DNA of 64,000 nucleotides from the human T2T-CHM13v2.0 reference genome, Homo sapiens: the NCBI RefSeq assembly GCF_009914755.1, contig NC_060947.1. One strand, written 5' to 3'. Both the position numbers and the translations under genes were made by a program. Of this stretch, positions 1 to 12,962 are shown in pieces; position 1 is the stretch's first letter; every line of letters starts with the position of its first letter. The notes beneath the pieces were generated by a model. The model did no database searches and was not told the DNA's origin. It worked only from the letters and a program-made list of their open reading frames with translations.

Positions 1-277
1 GAAAAAACTCTTTATAAATTCTAATATAGGGCATTAATAGAAGCTTTTTTTTAAATTTTTACATTCCACATGAACCTTGGAGTACACTTATTGTCATCTA
101 TTGAGCTCTGAGGCCTAAATGCCCCATGAGTCAATTTATTTCAAGACAATGGATAGTTAGAATGCAGCTGTATATTATAGGCATGTGGTCATTGCTCTGA
201 TGTCACTTCATCAGGAAATGTTCTGTGTAATGAATTTCATCTAAGTGGCTGCAATAATTTGTTAAGATTATAGAACA

Positions 278-300
278 ACACACACACACACACACACACA
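278..300. repeat. (CA)n microsatellite
   Basis: Run of CA dinucleotides read directly from the sequence. Confidence 0.95.
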
Positions 301-1296
301 GCCCACCACCCCAAAATGACAACTTAACAGTACTATATAAGATGCAGTAAAATGGCAGATACAAAGGAGAGATCAGGATATTAACCTTTGGACAGAGCTT
401 TGCAGCCTTCACTGAAAATCAGTTTAATGTAAAATGCGAACCTGTAAATCAGTTCTTTGAAGAAAAAAATGAGCAACTGCCTAGAAAAAGGGCACACTTT
501 ATTATAAATTCATTAGGTGGAGACATTTATTTAAAACTTTATTTGAGTTTAGGTTTCACAGCAATTTTCTCTCTCAATAAGAACTTAGCACTGCACAGAA
601 TTCCAGTTCTCAGGAAAATAGTCTTAGAGCTAAAGAGAGATTAGATTTTATAGAGTTTTAATTAATAAATTTATAAATATTGTTTCTCTTTTGATGTTAA
701 CTGAAGTTAAATGTTTAGAAAAAAGAATAGTTTATTTCAAAAGTGCAACTTCTGGAAAGTGGTGTTACTAGGAATTTTCTGGTACTTACAGTCTCTGGTA
801 CTTTATATCATCTTTGAAATTATTCTAGCTAAAGAAAATATTTATTTTTGTGTTCCAAAAGGCAGACATAAAGCTTTAATATAGCCAAGAGTCCCCAAAG
901 CTTCAGGCAGTATGGCAATCTAAATGACCAGTGTGAATTCCATATTCACTGTATTTTCTGTTATATTTTTCCCCATGGAGTGTTAAAATGCACAGCTGCT
1001 GTAGGTTATTCTGTAAAGAGTAGAAACATCTGTATAGTTCCTGAAGAGGCCAAGTGTCCTGATAAATCAAACACATAAAAGAATATTAATTACCAATTTA
1101 TGAAGGAAGATATTATTTGATTAAGCATAAATTGTGTCCAGTTAAATAAAATTTGCTTGCGTTTTTCCTTGTCCCTTACTTTTTGTCTTGACTTCTAAAA
1201 TAATGAAAACTAGTGATAGAGAAGTCATGATTGAATAGCTATTTCTATGATTTTGGAATAGTAGTCAGATACCTTCTTAGTATGTACACTTTATAA

Positions 1297-2875
1297 TTTT
1301 TTTTTAGGTTCAAGGGTACATATGTAGGTTTGTTATATAGGTAAACTGCATGTCATGAGGGTTTGCTGTACAGAAGACTTCCTCACCCAAGTAATAAGCA
1401 TAGTACCAGATAGGTAGTTTTTTGATTCTCTCCCTCCTCCCACCCTTCACCCTCAAATAGGCCTCAATGTCTGTTGTTCTCTTTGTGTCCACGTGTTCCT
1501 ATTGTTAAGCTCCCACATATAAGTGAGAACATGTGGTATTTGGTTTTCTGTTCCTGTTAGTTTGCTAAGCATGATGGCCTCCAGCTTCATCCATGTTGCT
1601 TCAAAGGACATAATCTCATTCTTTTTTGACTGTGTAGTTTTTCATAATGTACATATACCACATTTTCTTTATCTACTCTACTTCTGATGGACATTTAAGT
1701 TGATACCACATCTTTGCTATTGTGAATAGTGCTAAAATAAACATACACATGCATAGGTCTTTATAGTAGAACAATTTATGTTCCCTTGAATATATACCCA
1801 ATAATGGGATTGCTGGGTTGAATGGTAATTATTTTAAGTTTTTTGAGGAATTGCCACACTGCTTTTCACAATGGCTGAACTAATTTACATTCCCACCCCC
1901 AGTGCATAAGCATTCTCTTTTCTCTGCAACCTTGCCAGTATCTGTTACTTTTTGTAATAATAACCATTTTGTAATAAGAGCCAATGGTATCTCATTGTGG
2001 TTTTGATTTTCACTTCCCTAATGTGAGATGGTATCTCATTGTGGTTTTGATTTGCACTTCTCTAACGATTAGTGATGTTGAGCATTTTTTTATATGCTTG
2101 TTGGCTGCATGTATGTCTTCTTTTGAAACGTGTCTGTTCGTATCCTTTGTCCACTTTTTAATGGGATTGTTTGTTTTACACGTATTAATTTTTTAAGTGC
2201 TATATAGATTCTTTATGTTAGACCTTTGTCAAAGGCATATTTTGCAAAAATTTTCTCCCATTCTGTCAGTTGTCTGTTTACTCTGTTGATAGTTTCTTTT
2301 GCTGTGCAGAAACTCTTTAATTAGATCTCATTTATCAATTTTTGTTTTTGTTGCAATTGCTTTTGCTTTTGGCATCTTTGTCATGAAATCTTTGCCAGTA
2401 TTTATGTCCAGAAAGATATTTCCTAGGTTATCTTCCATGGTTTTTATTGTTTTGTGTTTTGCATTTAAGTCTTTAATCCATCTTGAGTTAACTTTTGTAT
2501 AAGGTGTAAGGAAGGGGTCCAGTTCCAATCTTCTGCATATGGCTATCCAGTTATCCCAGCACCATTTATTGAATGGGGACTCCTTTCCTCATTGCTTTTC
2601 TTTTTTTTTTTTTTGGGACTTGCAAATGTCATATGATTATAGGTGTGTGGCTTTTATTGCCTGAGTTTTCTATTCTGTTTCATTGGTCTATGCACCTGTT
2701 TTTGTACCAGTACAATGCTGTTTTGGTTACTATAGCCTTATAGTGTAGTTTAAAGTCAGGTAATGTGATGCCTCTGGCTTTGTTCTTTTTGCTTAGAACT
2801 GCTTTGGCTATTCAGGCTCTTTTTGATTCCATATGAATGTTAGAATAGTTTTTTTTCTAACTCTGTGAAAAATAT
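1297..2875 (-). mobile_element. 5'-truncated LINE-1 (old L1PA/L1PB-type), 3' UTR plus ORF2 C-terminus
   Basis: Poly-T head and L1 3' UTR text (gggtacatatgtaggtttgttatataggtaaac). Minus-strand ORF 2328-2528 ([21 protein letters not shown]) is L1 ORF2 C-terminal sequence. Confidence 0.93.
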
Positions 2876-3083
2876 CGGTACCAAATAAGTGTCTACTATG
2901 CCTCCTCTTACATTTGAATATTAATTCTGAAATTTTAGTTTAGAAAAGGTTTTCACTATGACTTTCTATTAAGCACAGGTGCTACTAGTAAAGCAATACT
3001 GTCCTCTAAGTGCCTAAGTATACTGTGTTTCATTTTAAATGCAACTGAGAAATTACAACTTTATGATTTGTTTTGCTTTGCAG

Positions 3084-3223
3084 CCAATAACTATAACTAG
3101 TTCAATAACTACAACTAGTTCATCAAGTGAATGTAGATTTCCTCTTCAAGTTGTGTCTCTTCAAAATGAAAGAGTACCTGACAGTTTTGAATATTTTTCT
3201 CCAGGAAAGCTCAACACTCCAAG
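3084..3223 (+). pseudogene. Exon A (140 nt) of an unnamed degraded multi-exon gene: PITITSSITTTSSSSECRFPLQVVSLQNERVPDSFEYFSPGKLNTP
   Basis: Acceptor ttttgctttgcag|, donor AAG|gtaagc, open frame. The phase-2 end joins in frame to exon B. Confidence 0.7.
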
Positions 3224-3651
3224 GTAAGCCTCATTGATAATTGAGTCTACAAATCTTATCATGGAGTAAAATATACACATAGTTTACTTTTATTTTATAC
3301 TACATTTTAACATGATATTCAGCCTCCAGAATAATGATGTATTGATTGGATAAGGACAAGAAAATGGTATATTTGCAAGGAAGTAGCCTAGTCAGGCAAT
3401 TACTTTCAGATGTGCTGTAAAACAGTTAATGTGAGGCAAGATGTAAGTGAGTGTAAAATCTGTGTACACTGATAGTCTTCCAATTTGTTCACAGGAAGTT
3501 TAGTGTTTTATCTTGCTTTCTACAGCCTGAAATATAAAAATATGTACTATATAATGCTTTCCTAAAATAGGATTTTCAACAAAAAAAAGTGTTTGCTAAC
3601 ATTTGATGAATATTTAAACAAGTATTCATTCATGTTTGTCTTTTCTTTAAG

Positions 3652-5139
3652 TAATGAAGAAGCTGTTACTACGCAACAGGATGAAGGAAATGAATCTGAA
3701 ACAGAAGTTTCTCACACAAAAGGTTCTGAAATTTTATCTGGTTCTTTGGACTATAAAAGTCTCCAACATCTGACAATAATTAAAAGTCATAGTCCCCTTA
3801 TGGACTCTGACTCTGAAGGATGTGATTGATTCTGACTCTGATAGAGGCATTGGTTTGGACTCTGACTTAGAACAACACTTGAAAGACTCTGACTCGGTAA
3901 TATGGGGAATGGACTCAGAAAAACATACTAGAGACTCAGACTGTGAAACACCTGCTAGAAGCAGAAAACTACCAAATAGCTTCAGGCTATGCAGAAAACC
4001 CGATGAGAGTTGAACAGTGCCAGGTGGACTCTGACTCTCTGCAACACTGGATGGACTTTGGTTCAGTAAAAATGCTTGGTAGATTCTGACTCTGAAAAAT
4101 ATCTGTATTCTGACAATGAAAGACTGGGGATAGACTCAGACTCTGAAAAATGCCCCATGGCCTCTGCATCTGTGAAACACTTGCTGAAGACAGAGAAATG
4201 CCAAATGGCCTCAGATTCTGTAAAACACCTGATGGACTCTGAAAAAATATTGACTGAGACTGAAAAACTCTGGATGGTCTCTGCTTCTTAGAGGTATCTG
4301 ATGGACTCAGACACAGAGATGGGTGAAACGGTCTCAGCCTCTTTACCTGGGGTACATCTGATGGAGGAAGAAAAATACCAGGAGAAGGCTAGATCTAAAA
4401 GATATATGATGGACTTTAGCTCTGAACCATGTGGGATGGACTTAGATTCAGGAAGATATGGGCTAGGCTTAGCAGCTTTCAAATTTCTCATGAATGCTAA
4501 TACATTCCATTTGAGGACTGACACTGAAGGGCTCTGGATGAATTATGGGTCTGAAAGACGTACAATGGACTCACACTCTGAAAGCCTGGGGATGAGCTCT
4601 GATTCTGGAAAACACATGATAAAGTCTGAAAATTGCCAAAGAACCTCTGAATTGGAAAGATGCTGGACAAGACTCAAGTCTGAATCTGAAAGATATCAGA
4701 TGGACTCTAATAAAATACAGTCAGATTTTGACTATGGTAGATTCTGGGATTGTTCTATAACATAGCAGCATAGGTCTGCAAGACTTTTGAATAGCTCTGG
4801 AAGATATCAGGATGGCCCTCTAAAATATTTGGAAAACTTTGAAAGACATCATGTAGACTCTAATTCTAAAAACACACAAATTCTAAAAAATTAAAGACAA
4901 CAACATTGAGTTTGAAAGTGAAAGACACCTGATGAGGATGCAGAGGGAACAGTGTCTGACACAATTTGCAAATGAGAGACGTCAAATGGATGAAGAGAAG
5001 GAAAATCATCTTATGGAGTCTGACAGTGAAAATGAACACAGAATTGCATTTGACTCTGAACCAGGGGAAAGATATCACCTTGACTCAGAATATGAAGGAA
5101 AATGCCTTGGTGTTCATAGAAAGGATAATCATCCTCAAG
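3652..5139 (+). pseudogene. Exon B (~1.49 kb), Asp/Ser/Glu-rich xDSDSE repeat domain with stops and frameshifts
   Basis: Acceptor ttttctttaag|, donor CAAG|gtaagc. Chained ORFs 3593-3829, 3822-4013, 4076-4291, 4301-4765 and 4932-5192 all carry (M/I/L)DSDSE-like motifs. In-frame TAG at 4289 and 4763. Confidence 0.8.
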
Positions 5140-8100
5140 GTAAGCTTACATGTGTGGTCTTTGAAAGCAGTTTGATTTACAAGTTTAATTAGAAATATTA
5201 TGACACTTCCAAAATGTCAGTAGCTTTGACAAATTTGGGCCTAAGATCATTTTATCAGAAATTCAGAGAATGGGCATCTTAATCCCAGATTTCCAATTTA
5301 CCTTTAAAAATTAGGAAATTATCTTGCTTTAGTTAAATTTTATCTCCTCAAAAGGGGGAAAATTAATTCTTAGCAAAGATGGTTATTCTGGCCTAAGAAA
5401 CACAATGATGAATTTAGCTCTCATCATTCTGGAATGGGTGAATACAGATTGCCCATAAACTTTTTCTCATTATTAGTTACTGTGGAAACAGGTAAATATC
5501 CAAGCCTAACTCTAAAAAGTTTCAAATTATCTTGCTTCTCTCAAAAAGTTACTATCCAAGCTCCATAATTTTTGATAAATAGTTGGCATTTACCTTGCTG
5601 GTCATTTTTATTTTATTACACACAGACTACATTTTCTAATTGAGAATGTTGCTATAACTCAAAGCACCAAAAGAAAACCAAGAACTTTAACCCAAACATT
5701 CCTAAGAAATCTTCCCTCTGAAATTATAACAATGAATTCTGTGCCTCAATAAACCCCTGTGATTCATTTCAAAAACAGAACATTTAAAATAAAATATATT
5801 TAATGTATGATCAATGTTCTCTGTTTTAATACACTATTTCCACATAATGAGCCTTGAAATTTGTTTTAAGTAACACTGACTCATCCATGAGATCATATAT
5901 CTTAAATATGGTGGGCTATTGAATCCTATGAAAATAAAATATACTATATGTGTTCGGGCATTTACCCATACAAAGTGTTATCCAGAGGTTGCACTGGTTG
6001 TTAGACAAGTTATTTTCTCCTGAGCTGAATACCTGTGAAATATTTTAGTTTAACAGTCAGAGGAAAACAGTCATCTGATTTTTCATATTCTCTGAGAATA
6101 ACTCTCTGACCTCTAGTTAGAAATAAAATTATATTTGAAAGGATTAGTAATGTGAGAAAATAATTTCTGAGATCCTCTTATGAGGCAGCTTATTGGTGGA
6201 GTAGTGATAAAGGTCTGTTGTCTTTTATGAGGAGAAAGAAAATAATATTAAAACAAGTTTTCATTGGATTTGGACTTAGTAACACTAAATTAATTCTCCC
6301 CAATCCAATATTATTCTACATGAAGGGTATAAAGATTGGGTATATAAAACAATATATATATAACAATATATATAAAAGGGTATATAAAAACAAGCATCCA
6401 GCTTGTTTTTAATATTTTTAAACACCATCTGATAAATATTCAGTGAAATGGAATAACTACTGCTCAGGGCTAGAAAGACTCATGGGACCCAATGGCATTG
6501 CTGTTGATGTGCTTTATAAAATGTTGTCAATTGAATGCCTACTATGTGCTCAACATATAATAAATACATAAAAGAAAAATACCTTAAATTTATTTAGCAT
6601 CTTTCAACCTTTCAAAATCCATTATTTAAAATTAATCTGCTTGCTCTAGCTAGGACTTCTAGTATTATGTTGAATAGTAGTGGTGACAATGGGCATCCTT
6701 GTGATGTTCCAGATCTTAGGAAAAGGCTTTCAGTTTTTTCCCATTCAGTATGATACCTGCTTCAGGACTGTTGTATATGACTTTTATTAGTTTGAGGTAT
6801 GTTCCTTCTATACCCAGTTCTTTGAAGATTTTTATCATGAATGGATGTTGAATTTTATCAAATTTTTTTTTGGCATCAATTGAAATGATCGTTTTTAAAT
6901 TTTTATTCTGTTGATATGGTGTATCATTGATTTTAATGTATTGTCACATTCAGTTTGCTAGTATTTTGTTGAGAATTTTGCAAAAAATATTCATCAAAGA
7001 TATTGGCCTGTCATTCTCTTTTATTTTGATGTGTCTTTTTCTGTTTTTGGTATCAGGGTAATAATGGTCTTGTAAAATGAGTTTGGAAGTATTTCCTCCT
7101 CCTCTATTTTTTGGAATAGTTTTTGTGGGATTGTTATTAGTTCTTTAAATGTTTGACAAAAATGAGCAGTGAAGCCATTAGGTCCTGAGCTTTTCTTTAC
7201 TGAGAGAGGTTTATTACAGCTTCAACCTTGTTACTTGTTATTGGTCTGTTTAGGTTTTGGATTTCTTCCTGGTTAAATTTTGATAGGCTGTATCTAGAAA
7301 TGCGTTCATTTCTTCTAGATTTTTCAATATTGGCATATAGTTAGTTGCTCACAGTAGCCACTAATGATTATTTGAATTTCTATATTATCAGATGTAATGT
7401 CTCCTTTTGCATTTCTAATTTTATTTATTTGTATCTTCTCTCTTTTTTCTTAGTCTGGCTAAAGGTTTGTCAATTTTGTTTAACTTTTTTTAAAAAACAA
7501 CTTTTTGTTTTCTTGATCTTTTGTATTTTTTTCATTTCAATTTTATCCATTGATGCTCTGATCTATATTTTTTTTCTTCCACTAATGTTAGGTTTGGTTT
7601 TCTCTTGCCTTCTAAATCTTTAAGATGCATCATTAGATTGTTTCTTTGGAGTTTTTCTCTTTTTTTATATATAGGCATATATAGCTATAAACTTTCATCT
7701 TAGTACTGCTTTTTCTGTATCTCATAGGTTTTGGTATCTCATGTTTTCATTATGATTTATTATCAGAAATTTTTCAATTTCCTTTTTGTTTTCTTCATTG
7801 GTCATTCAGGAGAATAGTGTTTTCTTGTTTCTTATTTTATTTTTTTCATTCCTTTATTTATTTATTTTTTATTTTTGTGGGTAGATAGTAGGTGTATATG
7901 TTTAATTGCCATGTGTCTGTGTAGTTTCCAAAATTCCTCCTGTTACTGATTTCTACTTTTATTCTATTGTGGCTTGGAAAGATGCCTAGTATTATTTCCA
8001 ATTTTTGTGAATGTCATAACACTTCTTTGGTGACCTGACCTAACATATGTTCCATCCTTGAGAATAGTCCATGTGCTGAGGAAAAGAATGTTTATTCGGC

Positions 8101-8763
8101 AGCTGTTGGATGAAATGGCCTATAAATATCTATTAGATCCGCTTGGTCTATGGTGCAGATTAAGTCCAATGTTTCTTTGTTGATTTTGTGTCTGGAAGAT
8201 CTGTCCAATGTTGAAAGTGTGATGTTAAAATATGCAGCTATTATTGTATTGGGGCCTGTCTCTCTCTTTAGCTCTAATATTTCCTTTACATATCTGGGTG
8301 CTCCATTATTGGGTGCATATATATTTAAATTGTTGTATTTTCTGGTTGAATTGACTTATCATTATATAGAGACCTTCTTTTGTCTCTTCTTATGTTTTTT
8401 GGTTTTGAAATCTATTTTGTCTGATATAAGTGTAGTGATTTCTGCTCTTTTTTTGGTGACCATTGGCATTGGAATATCTTTTTCCATCCCTTTATTTTCA
8501 GTTATGTGTCTTTATAGGTGAAGTATGTTTCTTGTTGGTATACTTCTTGTTTTTTTATCTATTCAGCCAGTCTGTTTCTTTTGATTGGAGAGTTTAGTCC
8601 ATTTATATTCAATGCTACTATTGATAAGTAAAGACTTACTCCTGCCATATTGTTATTTGTTTTATTTTTGTTTTATAATCTTCTCTTCCTTCCTTTATTC
8701 CTTGTCTTCCTTTAATGTAGGATATTTTCTTTAGTGATAGGATTTAATGTCTTTCTTTTTGGG

Positions 8764-8774
<11 letters not shown>

Positions 8775-8820
<46 letters not shown>
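8775..8820. repeat. (GT)n microsatellite inside L1
   Basis: Long GT run. Confidence 0.95.
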
Positions 8821-8822
<2 letters not shown>

Positions 8823-9883
8823 CTTCAGCACTTTAAAATGTCATGCCCCTCTCTCCTGGCCTGTAAGGTTTTCACCGAAATGTCTGCTGCCAGATGTATT
8901 GAAGCTTCCTTGTATATTATTTGTTTCTTTTCTCTTGCTGTTTTTAGGATCCTTTCTTTACCCTTGGCTCTTTGGATTTTGATTATTGAATGCCTTGAGG
9001 TAGCCTTCTTTGTTTTAAGTCTGCTTGGCATTCTGTAATTTTATTGTACTTGAATATTAATATCTTATTCTAGATTTGAAAAATTCTCTATTATTGTCCC
9101 ATTGAATAAATTTTCTACTCCTATCTCTTTCTCTATCTCCTCCTTAAGGCCAGTAACTTTTAGATTTGCACTTTTTAGGCTATTTTCTAGAACTTGTATG
9201 TGTGCTTTATTGTTTTTTATTCTTTTTTCTTCTGTTTTTTTTTCTGACTGTATATTTTTAAGTAGCCTGTCTTCAAGCTCACTAATTCCTTCTTCTGCTT
9301 GATCAATTCTGCTTTTGTAGGGTTCTGATGCATTCTGCACTATGCCAATTGCATTTTTCAGCTCCAGATTTTTTTCTTGATGCTATTTAATTATTTCAAT
9401 CTCTTTGTTAAATTTATCTGATAGAGTTCTAAATTTATTCTCTGTGTTATCTTGAATTTATTTGAGTTTCCTCAAAAAAACTATTTTGAATTCTCATCTG
9501 AAAGGTCACATATCTCTATTTCCTCAGGATTGTTCACTGGTGGCTTACTTAGTTCATTTAGTGAGGTCATGTTTGCATGGATATTGTTGAGGCTAGCAGA
9601 TGTTCTTTGGTGTCTGAGCATTGAAGAGTTTGATATTTATTTTAGTCCTTGCTATTTGGGCTTGCTTGTTGTAGTCCTTTTTGGGAAGATTTTTCAGATA
9701 TTTGAAAGGACTTGCATGTTGTGATACAATCTGTACTTGCTTTGGGGACACCTCAGCCCTAGTAACACTGTGATTCTTGCAGACTTGTAGAGGTACTGCC
9801 TTAATGCAGTATCTGGGCAAATTCTCTGGATTACCAGGCAGAAACTTTTGTTTTCTTCTCTTACTTTCTCCCAAATATACAGA

Positions 9884-9884
9884 A

Positions 9885-9930
<46 letters not shown>
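9884..9930. repeat. (CT)n microsatellite inside L1 5' UTR
   Basis: Long CT run. Confidence 0.95.
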
Positions 9931-9932
<2 letters not shown>

Positions 9933-12639
9933 GAGACACCTGAAGCTGCAGTTGGAGTGACACAAGTATCCCTGTGGCCATCACCACTATGATTGTGCTG
10001 GTTCAGACTTTAAGCCAGTAGAGCACTGTGCCTCATCCAAGACATGCTATAACCACTCCTTGGATACTGCCTATGTCACTCAAGGCCCTGATGCTCTGTA
10101 ATCAGCAGATGACAAGGCCAGCCAGACCTGTGGCCTTCCATTCACAGTGGCAAGTTCCCCCAGGCCCTGGATATGTCCAGAGATGCCCTCTGGAACTCAA
10201 GAGACCAGAGTAATAAACCTTAGAAGTCTACCTGGTGTTCACTGAAACCACAAGATGCAGTCATTCTCACTCTTTTCTCCCTTTTCCAAAGGCAGAGGAT
10301 CACCCTGTAGCCCCTGCTTGCACAGGTCACAGTGTGGGGTACTGCCAGACTACTGCAGATGTTCTCTTCAGGGCCAAGGGCTCTTCAGTCAGCTTATAGT
10401 AAATGCTACCTGGCCTGGGAGTCCCTCTTCAGGGCAATGGGCTCACCTCTGGCCCAGGGAAAGTTCAGAAATTCCATCCAGATGTCAAGTCCTGGAATTG
10501 GGGACTCCAAGAGCTCACTTGCTTCTCTACTTCCCTGTGGCTGTGCTGGTACCTAAGGTGCAAGACAAAGTCCCCTTCACTTTTGTGTTTGCTTATCTCA
10601 AGCGGAAGTTTCACCTCATAGCCACCTCTGCCAGTAATTACCTGAAGCCAACAAGTCTCAGAGGCTCACCCAGGACCCTCAACGTAGTACCTTGTTATCT
10701 CTGCTGGTTATTTGGGGCCCAAGGGCTCTTCAGTTAGCAGTTGATGTAGGTTGCCAGGACCGAATTATTTCCTTCAAAGCAGAGGGTCATTTTCTGGCCT
10801 TTGATGTGTTTAGAAATGTTGTCTGTGAGCTATGGCCTGAAACGGGGGTCTCATGACTCTGAACAGTGACCTGTCCTGTGGCTGAGCTTAAATCTTAGAT
10901 GTAAGACAGAGTCCTCCTGAAGAGATGGAAAATTCTTCCCTCTTCTCTCCTCAAGCAGAAAGAAAGGGTCTCTTTTGGAGCTGTGAGCTGTGCATCCTGG
11001 GGTTAGGGGAAGGATGATGCCATCACTCCCTCTGCTGCCCCAGCTTGTGTCTCAGTAGGTTTCATGCCCCACCAGTCCACTGTCTCTGGGGCCAGTTCAG
11101 CACTAGGAGTCACTTGAAAGTTGCAGTCCTTTTGGTCTAGACTGCCTTTCATGTTTATTTAGAGATACAAAGCACTGTAGCCTGGGGTGGCAAGGTTTGC
11201 AGGAGCTCAAGTTTCAACCACTGGGATCACTAATTCCCCTTTGGCTAGGGCTGTTTTATCTACTGCCTTTGTGGGCAGGCATCAGCTGAATGTGGTCCAG
11301 TTTTCCTTTCTGCTCTAGCATTACAGTACTGAGTTTGTTGCCTCACAACTGCTGTACTTTCTCTCCCGCAGCACTCGGAGATGCTTTCTGCACCATGCCA
11401 CTGCTGCAGCTGCCAGTGGTAGGGGGAAATGTGTGGCGACGGCGATTCAAGACTTTTTCTACCTCTTCAGTGCTTGTTTCAGTGAAGTTAACACCAGGTA
11501 CTGTAAGGGCTCAACTGATTTTTGTTTCTTATGAAGGATTTTTGTTTGTGTAGATAGTTGATAAACAGGTATCTTTGCAGGGGATATGATCGGTGGAGCA
11601 CTCTATTCTGCCATCTTGGTCAACTCATCTTGGTTTTGATTTGCTTTTATCTGATGATTACTGATGTGAAGCATTTTTTTTTCATTTTTGTTGACTACTC
11701 TTAAGTCTTGTTTTTGAGAAGTGTCTGCTCATCTCTTTCACCCATTTTTAATGGGATTATTTGAGTTTTGCTTGTATAATTGTTTCAGTTTCTTTTACAT
11801 TCTGGATATTAGATCTTTGTCAAATGCATTGTTTGGAAATATTTTATCCCATTCTGTAGGTTTTTTACTCTGTTGATAGTTTCTTTTGCTGTGCAGAAGC
11901 ACTTCAGTTTAATTTGGTCCCACTTGTCAATTTCTGATTTTCTTGCAATTGCTTTTGATGACTTAGTAATAAATTCTTTTTCAAGACCAATCTCCAGAAG
12001 GGTGTTTCCTAGGTTTTCTTCTAGGATTCTTATTGGTTGAGGTGTTACATTTAAATTTTTAATCCATGTTTAGTTAATTTTTGCATACGGTGAAATGTAG
12101 GGGTCTAGTTTTATTCTTCTACATATGGCTAGCCAGGTATCCCAGCAATATTTATTGAATAGGGAGTACTTTCCCCATTATTTATTATCGTCAACTTTGC
12201 CAAGATTACATAGCTGTAGGTGTGCAGCTTTATTTTGGGGTTCTTTTTTTCCCCCTTTGGACTATGTGTCTGTTTTAGTACCGATACCCTGCTGTGTTGT
12301 TTACTGTATCCTTATGGTATAGTTTGAAGTTGGGTAATGTGATGCCTCTGGCTTCATTCCTTTTGCTTAGAATTGCTTTGGCTATTTGGGTCTTTATTGC
12401 TTCCACATGAATTTTAAAATTGTTTTTCTATAAAAAATGACATTGATAGTTTGATTGGAATAGCATTGAATCTGTAGATTACTTTGAGCTGTATCGGCAT
12501 TTTAACAAAACTGACTCTTCTTATTTATGAGCATGGAATGTTTTGCCATTTGTTTGTTTCATCTATAATTTCTTTCAGCAGCAGTGTTTTGTAGCTCTCC
12601 TTGTAGAGATCTTTCACCTCCTCAGTTAGATGTATTCCT

Positions 12640-12962
12640 GTTTTTTTGTTTGTTTGTTTGTTTTGGTTTGTTTTATTTTGTTGAGACGGAGTCTCACTCT
12701 GTGGCCCAAACTGGAGTTCAGTGGCATGATCTTGGCTCACTGCAAACTCTGCCTCCTGGGCTCAAATGATTCTCATGCCTCAGCCTCCTGAGTAGCTGGG
12801 AATACAGGCCCACACCACCATGCCTGGCTAATTTTTTGTATTTTAGTAGATACGGGGTTTCACCATGTTTCCCAAGGTGGTCTCGAACTCCTGAGTTCAG
12901 GCAATCCACCTGCCTTGGCATCCCAAAGTGCTGGGATTACAGGCATGAGCCACCATGCCCGG
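12640..12962 (-). mobile_element. Alu (AluS/J) inserted in L1 with a 17-bp TSD
   Basis: Full Alu body. CAGTTAGATGTATTCCT is duplicated at 12623-12639 and 12963-12979. Confidence 0.95.

Larger units (their letters stand above)
6636..11626 (-). mobile_element. Older LINE-1 (L1M/L1MA-type) with 5' UTR, ORF1 and the 5' part of ORF2; 3' end missing
   Basis: Minus-strand ORF1 pieces 9065-9340 (SRIDQAEEGISELED) and 8825-9031 (ERILKTAREKKQIIYK). Ends at the L1 5' motif gccatcttgg near 11615. Confidence 0.88.

Noticed and set aside
862-931. Possible small exon (ttccaaaag| ... |gtgaat)
   Set aside because: Stops in all three frames and weak splice sites.
3652-5139. Calling exon B DSPP, DMP1 or a bacterial Sdr protein
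   Set aside because: Similarity is compositional only; no signal peptide, RGD or DSS-triplet array is seen.
10255-10737. 160-aa + strand ORF
   Set aside because: Antisense to an L1 5' UTR, with no recognisable protein features.
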